From Amoebidium appalachense (Eukaryota > Protista > Ichthyosporea): a stretch of DNA of 64,000 nt. Below are positions 1-24,178 of this stretch, piece after piece. How positions within the stretch are numbered: position 1 is the stretch's first letter; each line of letters begins with the position of its first letter. The notes under the pieces are model-generated. The model ran no database searches, was not told the DNA's origin, and saw nothing but the letters and a program-made list of their open reading frames with translations. The DNA is taken from NCBI GenBank assembly GCA_963693365.1, contig CAVNZM010000003.1:3729106-3793105 (forward strand), written 5' to 3'. Position numbers and translations under genes: made by a program.

Positions 1-381
1 CACAGACACAGATTTAACCTCCCTCCCCTCCCCTCCCTCCCCCCTCTCTCTGCAACGTGTTCCTCGTTGAGAATGTGTCTCATAGCCAAATCTATGTGCA
101 TCACGACATTTACTGTCAGCACTTGGTCTAAAATTACTCAGTCCCAAGTTTATTTCATGTGTGGCACTTTTGGTGTCCTCCTCTCCCTCTCTACCTTACC
201 ATCCCCCACCCCACCCTCCCCCCCGGGCATATGTCGAACGTCGTTATTCACGATCTTTTACACATCCCCTCCCCCCTCCCCCCCCCCCCTCCCCCCAGCC
301 CTCGCTCCTTTTCCTCTTCCTCCTCCTCCTCATTACCCCCACTTTCCTTGTTACTAACTCTTGGTTATTATACTTTTGCAG

Positions 382-1431
382 CATCACGGAGCAGACAACA
401 ACGGCCATGAAGATGGCCTCCAATTCTCCACCACCCACCTCCCTGCCGGATGCACAGCAAAGCGAAGAAATAGCACGGCGTCTCTCTACTCCACCCACTC
501 CACCATATCTACCGGCTCGATGGGGTCGGGGGTTCCCCACCACCTCCTCTCGGAGCCGCATCCGTTGAACTCCAAACGCAGGAGCAACTCCCTCACGCGT
601 GTGTTTTCCGAAGTGGTGAATGCCGCGCTCAACATTGGAGATTATGCCGTCGACGTCGCGTGCGACGCCGTAACATCAGCGAAGCCCCACCAACCAAAAC
701 ATGTACACAGTGGAACCCTTGCCCCGCCTACTACTCTCCCGAGCATCCCTGCCGAATCCCGTGACTGTGACTCTCAGCCCTTGACACGCACCAAGAGCCA
801 CAGTGACATCGAAACCTCGCTAGCCGGTGGCCGTTCAAACGGTGAACGGACGGGTTCCGACGGACACCACAGTGCGTTCGGCGAGCTCCGGTCGACGCTT
901 CGTCGGTCTTTCACCGCGAAAGTTGACTCGGCCACAGGTAGAAAAGAATTGCTTCGCGACCGCGCAAGACGCGGCTCCACGAATGCTGCCGAAAGCCCAT
1001 CGCTTGATTTTTCGCCGAAATCGGAAGGCGCCGGGTCGTCCCGTTCAAAGAACAGTGGTGGTCCGTCGATCATCACAGCGACGCCGTCAAACGGCGACCT
1101 CGAATACGACGGGATCTCCCTGCACACTTCGCGGGATGCGATGGCACGGTTGGGTCCTTCTGCCGGCAGCAACAGCAAGATTCACTTGCAGTCTCCGATG
1201 AATGTTCTCGGAAGGAAATCGAGTGCGCCAGAGCCAACCACGGGTTCTCATGAGGGTAGCCAACATGATTTCCCCAAGTGTCATTCAAGCCCCCGCCTGC
1301 CGGCCATCCAGTCGTATACCCCCCCGACGCTCCAACCCGTGATACAGCGAAACGCGGACTTGTGGGATAAGGTTGTGCAGGCGAAGCTGTCGGTCAATAA
1401 TCAGCCAGGTGCAAGTGGCCGTAGAGCATAA
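382..1431 (+). CDS. Probable terminal coding exon of a Ser/Arg/His-rich, likely disordered protein of unknown function (gene starts upstream of the window)
   Basis: 350 stop-free codons of complex sequence; pyrimidine tract plus tttgcag acceptor ending at 381, in phase 0 with the ORF; no domain recognised. Confidence 0.6.
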   Translation, partial: HHGADNNGHEDGLQFSTTHLPAGCTAKRRNSTASLYSTHSTISTGSMGSGVPHHLLSEPHPLNSKRRSNSLTRVFSEVVNAALNIGDYAVDVACDAVTSAKPHQPKHVHSGTLAPPTTLPSIPAESRDCDSQPLTRTKSHSDIETSLAGGRSNGERTGSDGHHSAFGELRSTLRRSFTAKVDSATGRKELLRDRARRGSTNAAESPSLDFSPKSEGAGSSRSKNSGGPSIITATPSNGDLEYDGISLHTSRDAMARLGPSAGSNSKIHLQSPMNVLGRKSSAPEPTTGSHEGSQHDFPKCHSSPRLPAIQSYTPPTLQPVIQRNADLWDKVVQAKLSVNNQPGASGRRA

Positions 1432-3088
1432 ACATTTCTTAAACCATTTTAGAAAATGCATATTTTTTTTTAAAAGTATGTTGTAGGAACAGAGCTGCAT
1501 TTAGTACTATCGTTTTGGGTGTTTTGTTTTGTGGAAGATGAGTAGCCGATTCACACTTGTGAGGATGGTGTGGTGTATGTACTGTCACAGTGTAATGAAC
1601 AAAGCAGGAATTCGAGTCCGAGACTACAGGCACACACATACACACCATACACACACACACACGCGTGCGTGTGCACACGCACACACGCACGTATGCATGC
1701 ACTTGTATACATACAACGTCTTCTCGCTGGCTCGTATTTCGAGCAAACTGACATACACTGTTGTACTGACCCACATATACACGGCACGTATCACATTTTC
1801 GGTTTATTGCGATGAAGTTTGGACGAAGAACAGGGCAGTTATGATAACAGTAGTTGAATGAGTGAAAGCGTATGAATTAGTGTATTCAGCCTGCGGAGAG
1901 GGAATCCCGTAAGATGAGGCTATCATGTAGATGCATTGATCCCGTTTTGTAAATCGCACTATTACACACGTGATTGCGTACATATGTGAATGTGGGAACC
2001 GCATTGTATGCGGCCACTGCAGAGAGCCATATATAATAAACCATGTGTACTGGAGTCAAATGGGCCACTGTTTGTTGGCCTCGGGTTTGCGAGTTTGTTA
2101 TGCATAAGGGCTCAAGAAAGCGTCTTCTAAACGGGAGGGGGGCACCCATGAGCCCACAGCGCTGGAAGTATCCGGCTTGAAGTTACACGATATTCCTACT
2201 TTTTTATTGTTTTATTCCCCACTTTTTTTTTTTTTTTTTTTGGTTTTATAATAAATTTCTTTGTTATGTGTGCATTCTGGACATCGGCCATGAGCATGTG
2301 AAAAGTTGGTGCTTTAGATCTATAGAATTGGCGGTGGTTTACATATTCAGTTCTGAACCAATGGAAAGCTGAAAAGGTCAGGCTACACATGTGTACACAA
2401 CATGTGCACTCCCCCCCCCCCCCCCCCCCCTCCCCCCCCCCACCTTGAGCCAGGGGGAGAGGGGAGAGGGTATGTTGCATGTTGAGCGTTTGATGAGGGG
2501 GGAGGGGACGGGGGGGATGGGAGAGAGTACATTGCATGTTGAACGTTTAATGGGGGAGGGGGGAAGGGGAGGAGGGGGGAGGGGAAGGGTGGGGGGAGGG
2601 GGGGGGGGAGAGGGGGAGGGGGGAGGGGTAAAATCTTGAATGTTGAACGTTTTTAACGAATCCCCCATTAGTGAGCTGCAGCAACATTGGAAAGTAGGAC
2701 CAGTAAATGCTCAATCCGACTTGGAAAGTGGGCCGGGGAGAGAGAAGACCACTCCGGAATTCGAAGCGGGGCCAAAGAGGAGGAGGAGGAGAGGCCGGGG
2801 TGGGGGGGGTGGGGGGTGGGAGGAGGGGGGGGGGGGGAAGGGGGGGGAAGAGGGCGGGGAGGGGGGGGGGGGGGGGGGGGGGGCTCAGAAATCCCCACGG
2901 CATGTGTACAAACAAGCACTTGTTTTTCTTTATGTTGCACATGCCCACTGAATCAGATTCCACTATTGCCGAAGAGCTACCGTGGCAACACCACCACTAG
3001 CACAAAGCTGACCGCAATTTGTCGGTCACACCGCGGAAATGGACTTACACAAAAACAAACAAGTCTCTCACACCTGGCACATACGCAA

Positions 3089-3119
<31 letters not shown>

Positions 3120-3372
3120 CACACGCACACACACACAGACTCACCCAACCATGCAAACACCGGCTTAAAGCGCTTAACAACACCGAAGCAAATAGGTACG
3201 TACAAACCAATATACTCCTAGGCAGCATGAGCAAATCACCACGACCATCCCCCAAACCACACCCATATCCACCTTACGCACCACCATATTTTTGACAAGC
3301 ACGTTGACCACACCAGTACACCACAAAACGTGCCGCATCGTAGCCTAACCAATGACGTGTTCGTTTTATAAT

Positions 3373-3442
3373 TTACTAGTAGGCTTTGGTTGGATATTGT
3401 GGATATTCCCAGGCATCCTCTCCAACCAAAGCCTACTAGTAA
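3373..3442. repeat. Perfect 22-bp inverted repeat forming a 70-nt hairpin
   Basis: ttactagtaggctttggttgga (3373-3394) is the exact reverse complement of tccaaccaaagcctactagtaa (3421-3442). Confidence 0.85.
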
Positions 3443-4240
3443 GATTTTAAAGCGAGGCTGGGGAAAAACCCTGGGCCACTAGTAGAATAGGATTGGTAAA
3501 GGTGTGCAAGCTTTTGCACCCTAGCTAGGCTAGTCGGTCCACAATGGAATACGGTAGCTCCATGGCCAATGCGGTCCCGGACGGGTGCCCTAGCAACAAA
3601 ACGGGAAAAACAAAAAAGCTTCAGCAAAAAAAAAAAAAAAAAAAAAAACACGAGCAGGCACACGACATACAGATGCGGAGGGCTTGTCGGAAAGATTATT
3701 ATCCCCCTCCGGGAAGGAATGGAGGGGGGTTCGGGGTGGGGGGGGGGGGGGGGGGAGGCAAGTGGGTCCCTCCCTCCGGCCCCGCCCCTCCCCACCCCCC
3801 TCCCCCCACCCCCTCTCCTCCCCCCCCCCCCCCCTCCCCCCCCCCCCCTCCCCCCCACACCACCACCACCACACCCCAATCCCCTTCCCCCCATGGCGAA
3901 GAGGCGGGCCGGTGACAGTCAGCGATGGTGGTACTATGATCAGGATTGCGATTTCGATAGGCTCCTGAATACTAGTGTGCAGCCCCGAGGTCCCTGGCCT
4001 CCCCTTCTCCCCTTCTCCCCCAACCCTACTCTCACCTCCACCTCCCATTCCTGACTTGAAACCAGAACATGTATTCACTCGGGTGAGAACCCGTTGGACC
4101 ATAGAATACCGGTCATACGCAATTCTATATCCGAAAAAAAGGACACTTACCCAGTGCAGTAGAGTACTGTCGGTGCTGGGTGGAAGACCGAAGCTCCCCC
4201 TGAGGCCCCAAGGGGTCTCTCCGGGTACAAACCGGGATAA

Positions 4241-4272
<32 letters not shown>

Positions 4273-4458
4273 CCCAGTGCAGTGATTTTAGTACTTCCTC
4301 CTCGCCCCCCTCCCCCCTCCCCCCCCCCCCCCCCCCCACCCACCCGTAATTACCGCCCCCCACCCCCCCCCCCCCCCCCCCCCCCCCCACACACACAAAC
4401 ACCCTACACACACACACACACACACGCACACGCACACGCACACGCACGCGCGCACGCA

Positions 4459-4490
<32 letters not shown>

Positions 4491-5619
4491 CGCGCACACA
4501 CACGCACACACACACGCTCACACACACACGCACATACACACACACACCCTCCTCCTCCTCCTCCTCCTCAGAAAATGCATGCGTCTTGCTAATGGATTGC
4601 CACAATGTTGCATGCGCAGGCTCTGGCATGCACATGCAAACAAACATGCGGAGACTTAAACGGTTCGCGGCCGGGGAATGCTCTTTATATGTAAGGTTGG
4701 TCAATGGAGATATACCCTTGCAGTCGATATCGATCGCGAAATATCATGATCATGAGGCTCGAGCTCGATATCACGGAGTATCAAATACAAGATCAAATAG
4801 CCCATTGAGGTACATGTTGCATGCTTGGTCACTAATATCCATCATTTATCCATTCATGTTTAAGTCCATTTTGCAACCAGACAACGTGCTCTTGCATATA
4901 TGCAGACATGTGTATATTATTCGTGTAGACATAGCGCACTACTGTACAAATGAGCAGCAACCTCCAGATCAGATTCTAGATCTTGCCTTTTCGTTTCTGA
5001 TTGGACCAGACAATCACATATGATTGGTCAAATTTAGGTATCCAATCGTAATCAACTATTGTTTCCAAAAAAGGTAAAGCCCATTATGGTTGCCCGGCGC
5101 CGCAGGCGCCGCAGCTCCAGTGTACACAGTGTGGTATACATGCAAGAGGTGCCGAGTGTAAACTCCAAAACTTTTTTACCGGCATTTGCGACTCCCGGCG
5201 GGCTTTCTAGCCTACTTATTGTCCTGTGAAACATCGTGCAAGGCTCCCGGCGAACTGAATTTGCAGGTGTGTATTAGTAAGCAACAAAAAACGTCTCGTT
5301 CAACTGCAGGATCGGAGTTGCATGGGAACTGTTCGTTGTGGATGAACGAAGCACATTATCTAAAGCACCAATACTGACAAAACATGCACACACACAGGCA
5401 TTATCTCGCGTGTGGTATTTTTTTCTGAATACACCGCTGCTTTTCCACGAGTCACACTCGACATGCATGTGCAGGCGCTCCATACTCAGTATTGCACAGG
5501 GAGACTTTGTTCCCGTATGCGGGTGGTGGCAAACACACACAAGCACACGCACGTACACACGCACACATACGCACACGCACACGCACACCCACATGCACAC
5601 AGGCACACCGGCACACAGG

Positions 5620-5735
<116 letters not shown>

Positions 5736-6009
5736 ACACACCAGCATACACGCGCGCACGCTCATATTTACAGCACACATACTCATACCCGCACACCCGC
5801 ACACCCGCACACGCACTGCTTGCACACACACTGTGATACAATCACAATCACACACACGTGACACATGTGTGGCTAGAGCAATGTGTGTCTTATACTTGGC
5901 CACAAACAAACGTAAACCTCACATACATGCAAATTACACTGTTTCCAAATGACCACGCATACACAGACATACACACACACACACACACTCACACACATAC
6001 ACACTCACA

Positions 6010-6065
<56 letters not shown>

Positions 6066-6299
6066 AATTCTGAAAAGACATTCTGTCCACCACTCTTAAT
6101 GTGATCGCTTTGACATGAACCATATGGTAGGATACAAACCCACACTAGTACTATATTACATGCACATACTACTAAAATAACAGGCTCACCTCTTGTCTAC
6201 GTCGAAAGTTTGTCGAGGATATTTACGGTTGGTTAAGATCGAACACGCCAAACACGACACCACAAGCACATATGCGCGCACGTACACACACAAACACGT

Positions 6300-6331
<32 letters not shown>

Positions 6332-6688
6332 GCACCCCCCCCCCACACACACACAGAGAAATACAGGCACAGACAGACACACACCTACAGACACACGCAC
6401 ACACACACACACACACAGACGCACACAGACACCCCCCCCCCCCCCCCCCCCCCCCTGCGGGCCCCCAATGAATAAAAAAAATCAGAACCAGAATAGTTTT
6501 GTTGCTTTGATTTGCCGCTTCCGAATCCCTCTCTTTATATCCCCCCCCCCCCCCCCCCCCCCCCCTCCCTAACCCCACCCCACCACACATACGCACACAC
6601 CACACACCACCCCCACCCCTGAAACCATATGCAGGTCAGGTTGACTCTCAGTACAGACTAGACGATGCACACGACACACACACACACA

Positions 6689-6804
<116 letters not shown>

Positions 6805-7001
6805 CTCGCATACACCGCCCCCTCCCCCCCCAAAAAAAACACGTACACATGCACACACACACACACCCATCCCACCCACCCACCCACCCACTCATCCCTC
6901 CCTCCCCCCCCCCCCCCCCCCCCCCCCCCCCTTTCCCCACACACACACACACAACCATCAGCCAATCAGCAAGGACCTGTGTGTCCAAATAGGACAAAAC
7001 A

Positions 7002-17123
<10,122 letters not shown>

Positions 17124-17295
17124 GCACTGGGGTGGTTGGTGTATGGAGGGGCCCTCGGGTGTGCAATAATATATTCATGGTATATTCACGGAAATCATTT
17201 ATTTGCAGAGTGAGGAATCTTTCGTGAATACTGTTCGCGAATATCGATATGATACTCGGACAAATAAGCATGCTGTGAGCTTTAATGTTACTGGT

Positions 17296-17330
<35 letters not shown>

Positions 17331-18167
17331 GTTGCGCGGTAAATCGCGATGACTAATCTGGCCAACAAGAGGGGTTGGGTTAGAAATTAGGTGTCTACTA
17401 GCCTCGCGAATGTTCTATAGAGCTCCAATCATTGGTGGATGGATGCCCGGCAGCTGCTCGCTTATATATGTGCGGCTCCCGATGATATCAATATCCTCGT
17501 TAATTACATGTGTGATAATAGATATATTTACTACTTAGGTGTTTGTATGGTTATACCTGCAAAAAGGTGTTTGTATGGATTTATTTATGAAGACTCTCCA
17601 ATGCTATTATTTAAGTGTATAATGGATACGGTTCTATCGATTTGTTTTTATGGTCATCACGTTATTTATTAATCTACCTGTGTGCTCTTAAAAAGAAAGG
17701 CTAGTACTAGCGCCGCCGTTTGAATCTGTGCACACACCTCAGAATACGAGGACATAGAAAAAATTTCAAATAAAACATACAGGTATCTTACGTAGGGAAC
17801 ATGACTGACTCGTCATTCTGAAACCCTCCCGCAAAGCCCCCGTTAACCCCACTTCGCACGTGTGTGTTTTCACTGCCTTGTGCTGAAAATTCTGATCACG
17901 GCGTTTTCTTCAAAGATTGACCTGCACTGAAACATGCCTGTTATATGATATATTATGTATATTTTTGGGTCAGTCACTAAAGCTTTTGTCTAAGGGTATT
18001 CCATATATCTTGTTCTCGTTTCGGTTGACTCACTATTAGTTCCACAATGCCGGCAAGGTGGTGGCCACGGAAGGGAGACAGGGGATGAAGGGGCGGAGAA
18101 GAGGGGCCCGGGAAGGGAGGAGGGAGTGAGGAGGGGGAGGGAGAAGGGGAGGGGGGGGGGGGGGGGG

Positions 18168-18237
<70 letters not shown>

Positions 18238-18592
18238 CACACACATTCGATACGTGTGAAATTGTAAGCATTGCAAATGGAATTTTTTTGATTAAGAAAC
18301 AGCCCCCTGCAGTTGTGTGCGCATGCATGCCCTTAACCATAATGAAAGCCCAGCATGATTTCCGTCGAGTCGTTTTTTCTCATTAAAATGTAAATTTTCA
18401 AACGCCCAAATGAAAAACAGCCGGCCATCTAAAATTGTGGTGAATGTTGTGTACAGCGCTTAGTGAATCATCATGATTTCATTACATACTGTTTTTCAAA
18501 ATGTTGCTCAATGCATATACAAACCCAATCCCCCCCCCCCCCCCCCTCCCCCTGCTGTCCGTCAGTTGTTATATCACACTTAATTTCTGCCC

Positions 18593-18627
<35 letters not shown>

Positions 18628-18753
18628 TTCCCCTCCCCCCCCCCCCCCCCCCCCCCCCCCCAAAAAAAAGAAAAAAAGAATAAAAAATCTGTGCATCAAT
18701 CCAAGTCTATCCATCTTATGTAATATCCATGTTGATTCTGATGTAGGCCATAT

Positions 18754-20108
18754 TCAATGAATGGCATGTACACTATCACACTCAATATACTTCACAAGCA
18801 CTCCAAAGTCCCGTCCAATAATTCCGATACGCGATAAAAAAAGTAGGACAACGGCCAGGTGCGGTAGGCTGGCCAAGGGGGCCAAATCAAGAGGTGCTTG
18901 AGAGTGGTTGCCTTCCAGTGTAAAACTGCGCAAACTAGTGCACAAGGAGAGGGGTGCAAGGCTATCCACAACAGAAAAGGCAAGGGTTAAAGTGCGTAGG
19001 CGACTGCATTCTGACAAAGCCGAAACGTCTTTCAGTTCGCCGTGAGGCTCGCTGTTACCAAACAGGCGAAGGCTAGTCAGTTGTGTGCACTATTGGAGAC
19101 CGGATAGATCTGAAAGACCGCCCTGGGCGCCCTGCTCGTCATCCTGCTGCTCATCACCGTAGAGTTCACTAATATCCAAAGCTCTCAGTTGGGAGCATTC
19201 GGATAGGAAATCGAGCGAAAGCATTGATATGCAAGTCACGCTGAGTTTCGTTAGTTCTGCACAGTAGGCGAGGTTTCCTATTGCACTTGTGCTCGTGATG
19301 GTGTCTGTTGTGTCGATAGCGTAAGCTCTGAGGCGAGGCGCTGTGTGTAACATGTTGCCAAGTACTCGATCATCTGGCGAGTCCCAGTTTGAGACGCCAA
19401 GTTCAGTCAGTGGCCAGGCAGAAAGGTTGTCGGGTAAATTTTTTAGAGGTGTCTTGAGGGAAGAAAGACGGGTGAGGGTTGTCAATGGTTGCAGACATCG
19501 TGGTGTGTTGCTAAACCAGTATGTTACCGAAAGACGTGCACTGTGCGAGGCCCCGGATTTCTTTGGGAGAAGACCGCACACCACACTCGAACGAGGTAAC
19601 ATGTGTGAGGGCATCTGCGCCAATGACCTTTGTAGCCCCCATCCACGAACCCTCCAACACTATATTACTGCCGTTGAAGGAGGGAACGGGAACCCAGTTG
19701 AAAGAGATCTTTTTCACATTACTGACACCAAGAAGGAATGTCACGTCGAGCGTGCGCTCCTCAAAGTCCGAGCTATCGTCGTGAACAGAGAAAGATTCGA
19801 GGGCAGGGAACAACGAAAGAGCCGTCTGCATGCGTGCACGCTTCGAATTCATTCCCCCTGTTTGTAAGGTGCCGGTGGGAGACGCCAAGTCTGAGCGCAC
19901 GCACTCCCCGAGCCCAACCCGTCACCCACCTTCGAAAAGACGGCAGGTTCAAGTCTGTGCCTGCGTCCAAGTGAACATATGTTGGAAGGGGTGTTTCACG
20001 CACTTTTGCACGTCATCATTTGGACACGAGAAAACATCTGAGACGGTCACTGAGGGGCAAAAAGGAGAAGACGTGGGAGAGAAGTTCGTTAACACCAAGT
20101 GGATTCAT
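18754..20108 (-). pseudogene. Intronless F-box/leucine-rich-repeat gene with nonsense codons and frameshifts
   Basis: ATG at 20108 gives MNPLGVNELLSHVFSFLPLSDRLRCFLVSK** (F-box consensus; TGA TGA where RW is expected). LRRs LSECSQLRALDIS, LSECSRLRTLTLA and LSLCTSLRSFTLE. In-frame TAG at 19090-19092. Frame changes between ORFs 19773-20003, 19511-19900 and 19090-19623. Confidence 0.8.
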
Positions 20109-20113
20109 GTTGT

Positions 20114-20210
20114 CAAGTTATGAAGTGGAAGAAAAAGGAGCAGACGTGGTTTTTAGAGCTTTCAAGTTATGGAGTGGGAAGAAAAAGGAGCAGACGTGGT
20201 TTTTAGAGCT
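20114..20210. repeat. ~48-bp tandem duplication upstream of the F-box/LRR start
   Basis: caagttatg(a/g)agtgg(g)aagaaaaaggagcagacgtggtttttagagct occurs twice. Confidence 0.85.
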
Positions 20211-20500
20211 GCGAAACAATCTATGTACAAAGGTATAGATATAATAATTAGCCACACTTATCCATACCTCAGAGGCTGAAAAATAATAGAATTTAAAATG
20301 ATCGAAATGATCCTTTCAAAATCATCACCACATACAGCTTGTCCAGCAGTTCTAATGTTCGTTTTTGCAATACACGCTTGTTAGCTATGGTGGAGCAACT
20401 GAAAATAATGAATGTGTGGTCAAAACCCAATTTATGTACCCCCCAAAAATGGGGGGAAAAGCTACCGAGTGACATCCTCCTTAACTGAAGTACATTCAGT

Positions 20501-23500
20501 AGGGGGGGGGTTACACACTTTTTATTGCGTGGACACTGCCGGGGGCCCAGCCACACTCGACGGCCTACTGCGTTTTCCAGCGCAGCCAATCAAATGCAGC
20601 TAGTGACATAATGCAGGCAGGTGTCTTCGTTTATTTAGGATGTGTATCTTGCTAATCTTTCTCCTACTGTACACTTACACAACCGTCTTAGTGTATTTCG
20701 CACCTTTATTCGCCCTTTGTCTGAGTACGGGTTGCCTTTATTAGCTATGGCACCCCCTGATACCGTTGCAAATGTTCTCCAATCCTAGTAGATGACTTCC
20801 ACTACACAACTTGTTGTACGTTTCTTACTGTTCTTACTGGCCTTTCCACACCTATTTCTAGACGCCTTTTCGATTCTTTATACGCACTCACACCACCATC
20901 ACAACGCATACACGAATATTAGCCCTTAAACTTTCACGAGCACATCACCCGCCTATCCGTTATTGCCCTGACCCATCCACTCTTCCGGCTACACGCATCC
21001 CCGCCGGACTCGCCCCTCTACCTCTTCCCTTCCACATCGTCTCTGCCGATTGTCGAGCGATATGCGGAGTGGCTGGCGACTCCACCGGAGGTACGGCTGG
21101 ACCATCATGATAGTGTGACTATGAATATTTTTAAACCGATGGCTGATAGATACCTTTTTACTTTATGTGTCGAGTCCCTCCCAGTGTTAGGTGAGCAAAA
21201 ACACCAACTACTAGTAGCCTATATGGCGGATACGGCGGTTAGACAATATCGCTCCTATATAGATTCGTTTATTCATGATGTTGTGTCGTATAAATATGCA
21301 AAGATGATTATGTCTTGGCGTTGTAATCGGTTTTTGGTGTCTCCTGCTCGTATGTGTAATATGTTGTGGGGGGCGGTTTACTCGCGGATGCATATCTATC
21401 AATAAGTGTGACCTGTTAGCTAAAGCTGTGGTAGAACCGGAGGTTATGGGCGGCTTTATTCTCTTTTCTACTTCTCTTCCCCTGGCCAGTATATCCGTTA
21501 TAAAATGACCGTGTTAGATCACCTTATTATTGCTGCACAGTATGATATTGTGATACGGTGTTTAACTTTCTCCCGGAGTTACCAATGCTAGCTTCTGCTT
21601 ATCCATAATCTATACTGGGCCGGGGCTGTTTTATTGCATACCGTATGTACATAAGTCACTAGCTGCATTTGATTGGCTGCGCTGGAAAACGCAGTAGGCC
21701 GTCAAGTGAGGCTGGGCCCCTGACGATGTCCGCAGCAATACAAAGTGCATAAACCCCCCGACATATGTACATGCTAGGCAACAATTAGCGCCATCGTAGT
21801 ATACGACACCGTCCCTATTACATATTATGGGTAAGCAGAGGCTAGCATCGGTAGCTCCGAAAGAAAGTTAAGGCACCGTATCACAATATCATACTGTGCA
21901 GCATTAATAAGGTGATCTAGGATAGTCAATTTAAAACGGATATATTGAGGAAGAGAGGGAGAAAAGAGAACTTCAACCGCCAATAACCTCCGGTTCTATT
22001 ACGTTAGCTAACAGGTTACACTTATTGATAGGTATGCATCCACGAGTAAACCGCCCCCCACACATATTACACATACGAGCAGGAGACACCAGAAACCGAT
22101 TACACCGCCAAGCCATAATCATCTTTGCGTTTTTACACCACATCACATTACGAATAACCGAATCTATGTAGGAACGAGACTCTCTAACCGTATCCGCCAT
22201 ATAGGCTACTAGTAGTTGGTGTTTTTGCGGTCCTAACACAGGAAGGGGCTCAACACGTAGAACAAAAAGATATCTATCAGCCATAGACTTGAAACTATTC
22301 ATATTCACACTATGATCTAGCCGTACCTCCGGTGGGGTCGCCAGCCATTCCGCATAACGCTCGACAATGGGCAGAGACGATGTGGAAGGGAAGAGGTAGA
22401 GGGGCGAGTCCGGCGGGGATGCGTGTAGCCGGAAGAACGGGTGGTCCGGGGCACAAGCGGACAGGCGGGTGATGTCCTCGTGAAATTAAGGGCTAATTCG
22501 TGTACGCGTTGTGATGGTGGTGTGAGTGCGTAGAAAGAATCAAAAAGGCGTCTAGGGATAGGTGTGGAAAGACCAGACTGAGTGAGAAACGTACAACAAG
22601 TTGTGCAGTGGAAATCATCTATTGATTGGAGGACATTATCAACAGTATCAGGGGGTGCCATAACTAGGAAGGGCAACCCGTATTCAGACAAAGGGCGAAT
22701 ATATGTGCGAAATATACTATTAGTAAGACGGTTGTATAGGTGTACAGTATTAGAAAGATTAGCAAGATACACATCCCTAAATAACCGAAGACACCTGCCT
22801 GCACTCTCCACCCGGCGGTCGATCATCCGTTTGAAACATATGCCCCATTTCGTCCACCGGAATCCCCAAATACTTGTATTCGATTGGGCGAGGGAGGGGA
22901 CTGCCGAAAATACAATCGTCGTCCCAGGTTGGGGTGGATTTTGATAAAAGGGCACACTTTTTAACGTTAACCTTCATATCATTACGCTGGCACCAGTGTT
23001 CAACCACACATATATATTGTCGTAATTCGATAGGATCGGATGACATAAGCACAATATCGTCGGCGAAAAAGAGGGCAGGTGGGGCCTTGGAAGGCAACCC
23101 CCCGTCAATTTGTGCCGCAGAAAGGGCGTCAGCCAAATCGTCAATATACAGGTTGAAAAGAAGTGGGCTTAGCAGGGACCCCTGTAGTACCCCACGCGTG
23201 CGGGTACATCACGGGGACAGCCGCCCATTAACCACCACCCGTCCGCGCGTAAACGTAAACATAGCTTCCAGTAGCCGACCCATTTGGAATGGGACACCGC
23301 GGGTGGCCAACTTGGCCCACAAGCGAGGGAGGTCGACCGTGTCGAACACATTCTTGAAGTCGATAAATACGAGGTGCTCGGTATCACCTTGGGTTGCGTT
23401 ATGTAGTGTGAGAATTTGAGCGTAACACGAGTGACGATTCCGAAACGCCTCCTGAAGTGGGCTCAGCTGGGAAGCCTGCTTAAGGGTGGGATTACGAGAA

Positions 23501-24115
23501 AAGGCCTGTAGAAGGCCACTTTCGAACAATCGGCGAAAGACGGACGTAAGCGTGATAGGGCAAAATTCGTGAATGGGACCCCGTCCAACCGTTTTCTTGA
23601 TGGGAAACACAATGGTGTCCAGCCACTCCGAGCTCGAGGGCACTTTACCAACATCAGAATACCAGCTAAACAATTCGCTAAGAATACACGCAAGGGGTGG
23701 CGGCGGGCCACGCTGTTCGTCTTTCTCGGGGCGGGGTGGAATGAGTACCTTAAGTAGTGCCATAGGGATGCCGTCCGGCCCACACGCTTTGCGGGACGGG
23801 TAGCGGGAGACTAACTGCCATACCGCATCTGCGGTAAAGTGTGCCCCCAGTTCAGCCCCAAACTCAGCCGGCCCCGCTGGCCACGCCGTATGTGGGGGTG
23901 GTGGTGTGTCGGTGGGTGGGACAAAAACAGGAGGGGGCGCCTGCCCCAGATTCGTGGCCGTACAGGTCGGGTTACGTTTAAACAGGGTGCCGTAAAACGA
24001 ATCAGTTGCAGTTTCCGGGTCGGATAACTGGTCGGCCGTTATTCGAATCGAATGATCGCCGCGATCAATCTTCCGAATATTACCCAATAGCATGTGATAC
24101 GGTAGAGGCTTACGT
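20501..24115 (-). mobile_element. Degraded non-LTR retrotransposon: RT, thumb and C-terminal Cys/His region; its 3' UTR is split by a nested copy
   Basis: RT motifs KACGPDGIP, FCPITLTSVFRRLFE, QEAFR, FIDFKNVFDTVD, RGVLQGSLLSPLLFNLYIDDL, FADDI, YKYLGI and FRTYIRPLSEYG. In-frame TGA at 23209-23211; frameshift near 22845; WRCNRF..CNMCGGRFTRG at 21973-22308; 3' terminus at 20501-20610. The 5' boundary is approximate. Confidence 0.9.
20611..21759 (+). mobile_element. 5'-truncated copy of the same LINE, inserted antisense into the 3' UTR of the older copy
   Basis: Reverse-complement similarity to ~21830-22804; flanked by the direct repeat gacata (20605-20610 and 21760-21765); ends ...gtgcataaacccccc. 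Confidence 0.85.
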
Positions 24116-24178
24116 TACGTAAGGCAGCCTCCGCTTGAGGGCCGCGAGTGTGTGTAGTTCGTGCTTGTGGGTAAACTT

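Noticed and set aside
4722-4775. Cluster of short palindromes (also 47940-48095)
   Set aside because: No extended stem, no second copy and no TSD; cannot be distinguished from low-complexity drift
18754-23211. Stop-codon reassignment suggested by in-frame TGA/TAG in the F-box and RT frames
   Set aside because: The same frames also carry frameshifts, and intact genes here end in TAA, TGA and TAG with no internal stops
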